A program made the translations under genes and the position numbers. Of a stretch of DNA of 18,127 bases, positions 11,960 through 18,127 are shown piece by piece. The notes under the pieces were generated by a model. The model was not told where the DNA came from. It did not search any database and saw only the letters and a list, made by a program, of their open reading frames with translations. Origin of the DNA: a virus. Its lineage: Duplodnaviria > Heunggongvirae > Uroviricota > Caudoviricetes. Position 1 is the first letter of the stretch; every line of letters begins with the position of its first letter. The DNA is taken from IMG/VR virus record IMGVR_UViG_3300043464_001836, positions 96,002 through 114,128 of that record, one strand, 5' to 3'.

Positions 11960-14900
11960 ATGGCAGAAGCTAGAAATATTAAAGTTGGCGTAACAGCAGA
12001 TGGGCTAGCCGCTCTTCTTCGTGAGGCAACGGAACTAAATAGAGAACTAGATCGTGCCGAACGGCCTCGTAAAGTAAGGGCAGCTTCGGCTGCCCTTGAC
12101 GCGTCTACTGCTGGACTAAATAGAGGAACTGCTGGAGCCGGTAGAACCAACCAAACTAGAGATTTCGCTAGGCAAGCTCAAGGTCTAGGTGGATTAGTAC
12201 ACTTGTATGCTACCTTCGCAGCTAATATCTATACTGTAACAGCTGCTTTCAATGCTCTATCAGCTGCTATGGATTTCACTAATATGGAGAAGGCAGCAGA
12301 TATCCTATCAGTACGCCTAGGTACTGGTATTCGTAGTTTAGCTAAAGATATGAAGGCTCTAACAGATGGAGCTATCTCTATGTCTGATGCGCTATCTAGT
12401 GCTTCACTAGGTGCTACTGCGGGTCTGACAACTAAACAAATTAGAGAGCTTACTACTGTTGCCAAAGGTGCAAGTATTGCTCTAGGTAGAGACATGACGG
12501 ATGCACTAAATCGTGTATTCCGAGGCACTATCAAGATCGAACCAGAACTACTAGATGAACTAGGCGTTATGGTTAAAGTAGACGATGCTAATAAGTCTTA
12601 CGCTAGAACTCTGAATAAGACTATATCTTCACTTACCGACTACGAAAGACGCCAAGCATTCGTAAACGCAGTAACTGAGCAAGGTATTAAGAAGTATCAA
12701 GAACTGGCAGATAGCGCTGCCAACCCATTCTCTAAACTACTATCTAGTCTTAAAGACTTAGGTACAGAAACTTTACAGGTTGTTAACTCTACCTTTGGAC
12801 TAGGAGCCTTTGTTAATTTACTCTCACAAAGTCCTACAGCACTGATACTTGGTGTTATGGCATTAACTAGCCTACTTATAAAAACAGCTATACCTGCAGT
12901 TGGAGAAATCTCCGCCAGATGGCGAGAAATGACTCAAATTGCTCTCGCTGCTAACCAGGCTAGCATTGCTAATATAAATAATATTCAACAAGCAGCTAAT
13001 GCGCAAAAAGAAGTAGCAAAACAAGCTACCGTAGCACTACTAACTTCTAGAGATGAACTTGATAAAGACTCTAAGAAGAGAATGGTTGGTGGCAAGGATA
13101 TTCATAGTAAAGTAACAGATTATATCTGGGACAAAGATAAAGACCCAGCAATTTTAGAGAATAAGAAAGCGGAGGCTATAGCCGCTATAGAGAAGGCCAA
13201 GAAAGATATAAATAAAAAGATAGGTAAGCTTGAAGATATTACTAAAGATACTCGCTATGCTGCTGCACAGGAAACAGAGCTAAAGAAGCTGGAGAGTTTA
13301 AGAGCTGACGCAGCAAGATTAGATTCCCTACAAGAAAATCTTAATAGACATAGTACTTCTGCAGCTACTGCCGCACAAGCTCAAAGAGCTGTACACGAAC
13401 ACGATGAAGTATTAGCAAGACTTAGAAATGAAGGTACCGCACTAGAGCACGTAACTAAGAAGCGTCAAGCGCTATCCGCGGCGTACAATCAGACCGACTT
13501 ACTAGGCTTTACTGCTGGTATGAAAGAAATGAACTCTCAGGTTAATGCTCTAAACCTTGGGGGCATGGAATCTGGTCTACTAAAAGTACGTGGTGCACTA
13601 GGTGTAGTTACTGTAGGTGTATCAAAACTATTAGGTACTTTCTCTATTTGGGCCGCTGGTATAGCTATAGCATTGCCTCTTCTTAAGGGGCTAACAGACT
13701 GGCTGGGCTTAACTACTGACCATGCTAGTAAGCTTAATGAGGCACTCACCTCTGTAAGTGATAACTTAAAGCTGCACAATGAAATACAAGAGAAGATTAA
13801 GTTAAGTGCTAGTTTAGCTGATACTTATCAGCTACAGGCTGCTGCTGCTAACGCTTATGCAGATTCTTTACAAAAAGTTGAATTGGCTAGCAAAGAACTT
13901 AACGCATATAAAAACGCTGGGGTACTAACCAGAGTAGCAGAGCAGGCCACTAACCTAGTAACTTTTGGTACTGGTGGGGCTGTCGGGTCAGACGCAAATA
14001 AGGGACTAATAGAAGAGTATGATAGACTAATGGCTAGTGATGCAGACTTCGCAAGAAGAAATGCAGGTAGATTTCAACGTAAGTCTGGGGCCTTTAATGA
14101 GTCTACGGAGTATCTTACTGCGCAAGGTGCTTTCGATACAGCTAACCTAGGAGGTTGGGGTACCGGCCAAGAAAAGGTTATTGAAAGTATACTTAAGGCT
14201 CTAAAAGACCCCGAACTTGAGAAATCTGCAAGAGCGTACAATGAAGCCTCTAACGGTATGATAGCTAACTTCAAGGAGTTAGATACTATTACTAATGAGT
14301 ATTCTATTAGTATTACTAACCAGTCTAAAGACCTAAAAGCTTTAAACGCTTTTAACTCTTCTACTGTTAACGTATTCAAGCAGTTGGCTGACCCTCGTGG
14401 TGGTGTAGCAAACGTAAGTCAGTACTTAAAAGGTATTACTAGTCAGTTTCAAGAAATGTCTAGCGTATCTCTGCCTAGTACCTTAGTCAAACTAAGTACA
14501 GGATTACAAAGAGTAGAAGACGATGCAAATCGGATCTACCAAATACAGAAAGACTTAGCTGCAGGTGATGTAGATAAACTAAAGCAAGCCGAAGCACAAA
14601 GAACTAGAAATATTGAAGTAGGCTCTCAGGCAGAGATAACAGCAGCTGGTGGTATTGGTGCTGTACAGCGCGAATTTATTGACTATAATCTTAAAGCTAC
14701 TGAAGCCCTAGCTAAACTAGCTACTGCTGCTACTGACTCTGCGATAATTCAAGCTAAAGTAGCTAGAAACTTAAAAACTTCTCAACTACTAACTAGCTTC
14801 TCTGGTTCTAATACTGCTCTAATATATCGTAGAGAGCAGGAAGCAGAAAGAGCAAGAGTTAACGCTGAGAATGCTGCGCAGCGTACTAATATTAAAGAGC

Positions 14901-17155
14901 TAAAAGCTAGTAAGAGTGGTACTGAAGGAATCTTTAATACTTTAGTAGAACAAATTACTACTAGACTTGGCCTTGGTAGTGGTATGAACGTAGCAATAGA
15001 CAAGGCTACTACACCTAGCGGAAAAATTCAGGAACTAGCTAAAAAGGATATAACACCAGCAGAGATGGGTAACCTATTAAATACTGCTGGACAGCTACAG
15101 AACCTTAACGCTGCTTTAAGTATAGCAACTAGCAAAATCACTCTAAATAACTTAACTCTGGATACTAAGGCTCAGAAAGCAATCAATGATATAGTAAAAA
15201 CAGCGTCTGACTTAGCTTCTCTAGCTATTACAAGAGAGCAGAATAAACTAGATGCTAGCTTAGTATCTTTAGAGCATACACTTGAAAGAGACTCTTCTCT
15301 TAACTCAGAAGACCTAGACGCTAGAAATAGATATAACATAGCACTAGAACAAGCTCAGGCTAATGAACTTATAGCAAGGGCAAAGTTTATTGAGGCAGAT
15401 ACTAAAGCTGCGGAGGTACCTAAGCAGTTTCCTAAAACGTGGACTGAGGACCAAAGGGTTGCCGCTAGAGACTTAATAGACCTACGCACAGCCGCAGAAA
15501 TAGCACAAGAAAAAGCCATATCTGATAGAAACTTAGTAGATGTTACTGAAAAAGCTAGGGTAGAAGCTACTAGACTAGTTAATATGCAAAATGCTATTAA
15601 CCTGCTAGAAGAGGAAAACACACTACTAAGTGACTATTCTAGCCTAGTACTTTCCGTAACACAGAACTATGGACTACTAAATAGCACTACTAATACCTCT
15701 ATTAGTAACCTAGTATCACAAGTAGCTCTTGAAGATAAGCTTTATAGTCAGCAAGTAGATAGATTAAAAGAAGCTCTACTAAGTAATAATACTGTTAGTG
15801 GACAGATCGAGTATACGTCTAAACTAGCTAAGCTAGAATCAGATGCTCTAGAAAGTAAAATTAAGAAGGTTAAACAGCTTAGTACACTATATGCTCAACA
15901 GAATAGCCTAGTACTTAAAACTGCAGAACAGAATGGTATTAAAGAAACATTTACACCTGAAAACTTAGCAGTTGCTGGTAGTGTAATGGCAGATAGAATT
16001 TCCGAATCCATTGGAAAGTCCGAAGCCTGGCTACATCAACTCTCTACTGGTATTATAGATTCTGTAGTAACTATAGTCGATAACTTTACTACTATGATCC
16101 AAAAGCTCAGTGAAGAGCGTTTCCACTGGAGAACCTTCATAGAGATGGTTAGAAATACTTTCAGTGATATGGTTAGAAGTATTGCTTCAGATATGATTAA
16201 GAACGCAATGCTAGGCTTTATAAAGCAAGGACTAGAAAAGATTAAGCCAGGCTTGGGCAAGTCTAGTGAAGAAAAAGCTGCGGATGTTCTAAATTTAAGT
16301 CTTAAAACTAACGCTACTAGCTTAGATACCTTAAATGTTACTATCACTAACCTAACTACTCTGCTAAGTACACAAAAAAGCTTACCAAATCTAGCTGGTG
16401 CATTTACTAAACCACTACCGGGTGTAGATGCAGTTATTACTACTACAGACCCTAATGGTAACGTTATACCTGAATCTACTCCTAGTATAACACCACAACC
16501 AGAAGTAGGTGGACGCTTACTAGCTCAAGCTGAGGCTACTAAGGTTACAGACTTAGGAAAAGCGGCAACTAATATAAAACTAGCAGCAACCACAGACAGT
16601 GCATCCACTAAAACTTTTGCCCAGACTGTAACTGACATGGGAATTTCAACAAATGTATTTAGTGGTGCAGTAGGTGGCCTAGTTGGTGCTTTACTTACTG
16701 GTGGCTCTATGAAGGGTGCTTTAGCTGGTATAGCTACCGGTGTGGCAACTAATATGATCACTAGTGGAGCTATGAAAGCCTTTGGATTCGCAAATGGTGG
16801 TATTATGTCTTCCAGAGGTGCTGTACCGCTTCATAAGTATGCTACTGGGGGTATTGCAAGCTCACCTCAACTAGCACTATTCGGTGAAGGTAGACGAAAT
16901 GAGGCTTTCGTACCACTACCTGATAATAGAAGCATACCTGTAACTCTAAACGGTTCAACAGGCGGCGGTATGGTAGTTGGTGATACTAATGTCTATGTCA
17001 CAATTAGTAATAGTGGCGAAGGTTCTTCTAGTAAAATCGATGTTAAGCAGGCTAAAGAGTTTAGTAGTTCTATGACCACTGCAATTAAAAACGTAGTTCA
17101 AGAAGAGCTTATTAAACAGTCTAAGCCTAATGGTATGTTATATGCAAGGAGGTAA
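11960..17155 (+). CDS. Tape measure protein, 1731 aa
   Basis: Long Ala/Leu/Lys/Glu helical protein after the chaperones. T5 pb2-like N-terminus (QGLGGLVHLYATFAAN..., ALGRDMTDALNRVFRG..K.EPELLDELG), hydrophobic segments (ALILGVMALTSLLI; IWAAGIAIALPLL) and a lambdoid C-terminus (FANGG...YATGG...PQLALFGEG..NEAFVPLPD.RSIPV). Confidence 0.96.
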   Translation: MAEARNIKVGVTADGLAALLREATELNRELDRAERPRKVRAASAALDASTAGLNRGTAGAGRTNQTRDFARQAQGLGGLVHLYATFAANIYTVTAAFNALSAAMDFTNMEKAADILSVRLGTGIRSLAKDMKALTDGAISMSDALSSASLGATAGLTTKQIRELTTVAKGASIALGRDMTDALNRVFRGTIKIEPELLDELGVMVKVDDANKSYARTLNKTISSLTDYERRQAFVNAVTEQGIKKYQELADSAANPFSKLLSSLKDLGTETLQVVNSTFGLGAFVNLLSQSPTALILGVMALTSLLIKTAIPAVGEISARWREMTQIALAANQASIANINNIQQAANAQKEVAKQATVALLTSRDELDKDSKKRMVGGKDIHSKVTDYIWDKDKDPAILENKKAEAIAAIEKAKKDINKKIGKLEDITKDTRYAAAQETELKKLESLRADAARLDSLQENLNRHSTSAATAAQAQRAVHEHDEVLARLRNEGTALEHVTKKRQALSAAYNQTDLLGFTAGMKEMNSQVNALNLGGMESGLLKVRGALGVVTVGVSKLLGTFSIWAAGIAIALPLLKGLTDWLGLTTDHASKLNEALTSVSDNLKLHNEIQEKIKLSASLADTYQLQAAAANAYADSLQKVELASKELNAYKNAGVLTRVAEQATNLVTFGTGGAVGSDANKGLIEEYDRLMASDADFARRNAGRFQRKSGAFNESTEYLTAQGAFDTANLGGWGTGQEKVIESILKALKDPELEKSARAYNEASNGMIANFKELDTITNEYSISITNQSKDLKALNAFNSSTVNVFKQLADPRGGVANVSQYLKGITSQFQEMSSVSLPSTLVKLSTGLQRVEDDANRIYQIQKDLAAGDVDKLKQAEAQRTRNIEVGSQAEITAAGGIGAVQREFIDYNLKATEALAKLATAATDSAIIQAKVARNLKTSQLLTSFSGSNTALIYRREQEAERARVNAENAAQRTNIKELKASKSGTEGIFNTLVEQITTRLGLGSGMNVAIDKATTPSGKIQELAKKDITPAEMGNLLNTAGQLQNLNAALSIATSKITLNNLTLDTKAQKAINDIVKTASDLASLAITREQNKLDASLVSLEHTLERDSSLNSEDLDARNRYNIALEQAQANELIARAKFIEADTKAAEVPKQFPKTWTEDQRVAARDLIDLRTAAEIAQEKAISDRNLVDVTEKARVEATRLVNMQNAINLLEEENTLLSDYSSLVLSVTQNYGLLNSTTNTSISNLVSQVALEDKLYSQQVDRLKEALLSNNTVSGQIEYTSKLAKLESDALESKIKKVKQLSTLYAQQNSLVLKTAEQNGIKETFTPENLAVAGSVMADRISESIGKSEAWLHQLSTGIIDSVVTIVDNFTTMIQKLSEERFHWRTFIEMVRNTFSDMVRSIASDMIKNAMLGFIKQGLEKIKPGLGKSSEEKAADVLNLSLKTNATSLDTLNVTITNLTTLLSTQKSLPNLAGAFTKPLPGVDAVITTTDPNGNVIPESTPSITPQPEVGGRLLAQAEATKVTDLGKAATNIKLAATTDSASTKTFAQTVTDMGISTNVFSGAVGGLVGALLTGGSMKGALAGIATGVATNMITSGAMKAFGFANGGIMSSRGAVPLHKYATGGIASSPQLALFGEGRRNEAFVPLPDNRSIPVTLNGSTGGGMVVGDTNVYVTISNSGEGSSSKIDVKQAKEFSSSMTTAIKNVVQEELIKQSKPNGMLYARR

Positions 17156-17159
17156 TTAA

Positions 17160-17501
17160 GTGGCACAAATATTTACTTGGGTACCTTCTACGGGTTTTAC
17201 TAAAGAAAGTCAACCAGAAGTAACCACTACCAAGTTTGGTAGTGGTTATTCACAAAGAATCAGATATGGTATAAATACTATTACGTCCTCTTGGAGTCTG
17301 AGCTTTGTTAACCAGCCAGTTGCAGTAGCTAACGCTATTATAGCTTTTCTTGAACTTCATGGAGGCGCAGAGTACTTTTTATTTCAACCTCCTGGGGAGT
17401 CCATCTACTATAAAATTATCTGCAGTACTTGGAATTTAGAGTATACTTCGCATATTAGTAGAACCGTAACAGCAACCTTTACTAGAGTATATGATATATG
17501 A
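17160..17501 (+). CDS. Distal tail protein, lambda gpM-like
   Basis: FTWVP, KFGSGYSQR..GIN, FLELHGG..YFLFQPP and C..W match lambda gpM (FRWKV..RFGDGYSQR..GLN..FLEEHGG..FLWTPP). GTG start with SD AAGGAGGT. Confidence 0.93.
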   Translation: MAQIFTWVPSTGFTKESQPEVTTTKFGSGYSQRIRYGINTITSSWSLSFVNQPVAVANAIIAFLELHGGAEYFLFQPPGESIYYKIICSTWNLEYTSHISRTVTATFTRVYDI

Positions 17502-18127
17502 TAATTAACGAAGTTTTATCAAGTTCACCAAGTCATATAGTAGACTTATTTGAGGCGGATTTTACATCTATTAGCTCAGTACCTATTGATACAGCAGGAA
17601 ATACTGTATTAAGATTCTTTAATGATATTAATGAGTTAGGTTCAGAACTGGTATGGGACGGAGATACATATACTAGGTACCCATTTGAACTATCTGGTAT
17701 TGAATGGAGTGGTGCAGGACTTCCTACACCTAAGTTAACACTAAGTAACATTGGGGGTCTATTAACAGCTCTTAACTTTAAGTACCAAGATTTACTTGGT
17801 CTAAAGGTAACTAGGTATAGAACTATGCTTAAGTATCTAGATGCTGTTAATTTCCCAGGTAATAGCAACCCAGAAGCTGACCCAACTGCTAGTTTTCCTA
17901 AAGAAGTATACTATATTGATAGGAAAGTACTAGAAAATAATAGTGTTGTAGAGTATGACTTAGTATCTGCGCTAGATATAAGCTCTATAAAGCTACCTAG
18001 AAGACTAATTATTCAGAATATGTGCCAGTGGCGATATAAAGATTCAAACTGTGGGTACATTCCAAGCGAGCATGGAAATAGAATGTCTACCTCTGAAGGG
18101 GTAGTAACAACTGACCCCCAACTGGAC
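17498..18127 (+). CDS. Tail tip protein, lambda gpL-like; runs off the window end (not in the ORF track)
   Basis: ATGA overlap with gpM and an open frame to the last base: MIINEVLSSSPSHIVDLFEADF...LVWDGDTYTRYPFELSGIEWSG.GLPTPKLTLSNIGG...KVTRYRTMLKYLDAVNFP.GN.EADPT...YYIDRK...LPRRLIIQNMCQWRYKDSNCGY. The last motif carries two of the gpL Fe-S-ligand cysteines. Confidence 0.95.
   Translation, partial: MIINEVLSSSPSHIVDLFEADFTSISSVPIDTAGNTVLRFFNDINELGSELVWDGDTYTRYPFELSGIEWSGAGLPTPKLTLSNIGGLLTALNFKYQDLLGLKVTRYRTMLKYLDAVNFPGNSNPEADPTASFPKEVYYIDRKVLENNSVVEYDLVSALDISSIKLPRRLIIQNMCQWRYKDSNCGYIPSEHGNRMSTSEGVVTTDPQLD

Larger units (their letters stand above)
1..18127 (+). mobile_element. Virion morphogenesis module of a T5-like siphophage (phage genome or prophage fragment)
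   Basis: Co-oriented, tightly packed head, neck, tail tube, chaperone, tape measure and tip genes in canonical siphophage order. There are ATGA stop/start overlaps at 7904, 8452 and 17498. No host genes are present. Confidence 0.97.

Noticed and set aside
493-17868. All other minus-strand ORFs and the alternative-frame plus-strand ORFs (2407-2604, 4750-4950, 6196-6399)
   Set aside because: They lie wholly within well-supported genes, have no recognisable motifs, and their composition is that expected of shadow frames.
1-18127. Stop-codon reassignment (alternative genetic code)
   Set aside because: All genes are full length in the standard code, and TAA, TAG and TGA all serve as normal stops.

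Overview
The whole 18.1-kb window is the late (virion morphogenesis) region of a tailed dsDNA phage, with all genes on the + strand. The order is: portal (5'-truncated), prohead protease fused in frame to the major capsid protein, free-standing HNH endonuclease, a three-gene accessory cassette (1105-aa repeat-containing fibre-like protein, 37-aa peptide, 101-aa beta-sandwich-type protein), head completion, tail completion, tail terminator, tail tube, tail assembly chaperone pair, 1731-aa tape measure, lambda gpM-like distal tail protein and lambda gpL-like tip protein (3'-truncated). Head, neck and tube proteins resemble coliphage T5 proteins (pb7, pb11, pb8, p144, p143, p142, pb6), while the tape-measure C-terminus and tip genes are lambda-like, so the virion looks like a T5/lambda chimera. 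The most notable signals are: (1) a protease-capsid fusion that keeps an internal ribosome-binding site and ATG at the capsid start; (2) a chaperone pair joinable only by a +1 shift, with a UUU-CGU candidate site; (3) the accessory appendage cassette, including two small ORFs missing from the supplied track; (4) structured RNA-like elements on both sides of the HNH gene. Family assignments come from recalled motifs, not database searches, and all counts were made by eye.
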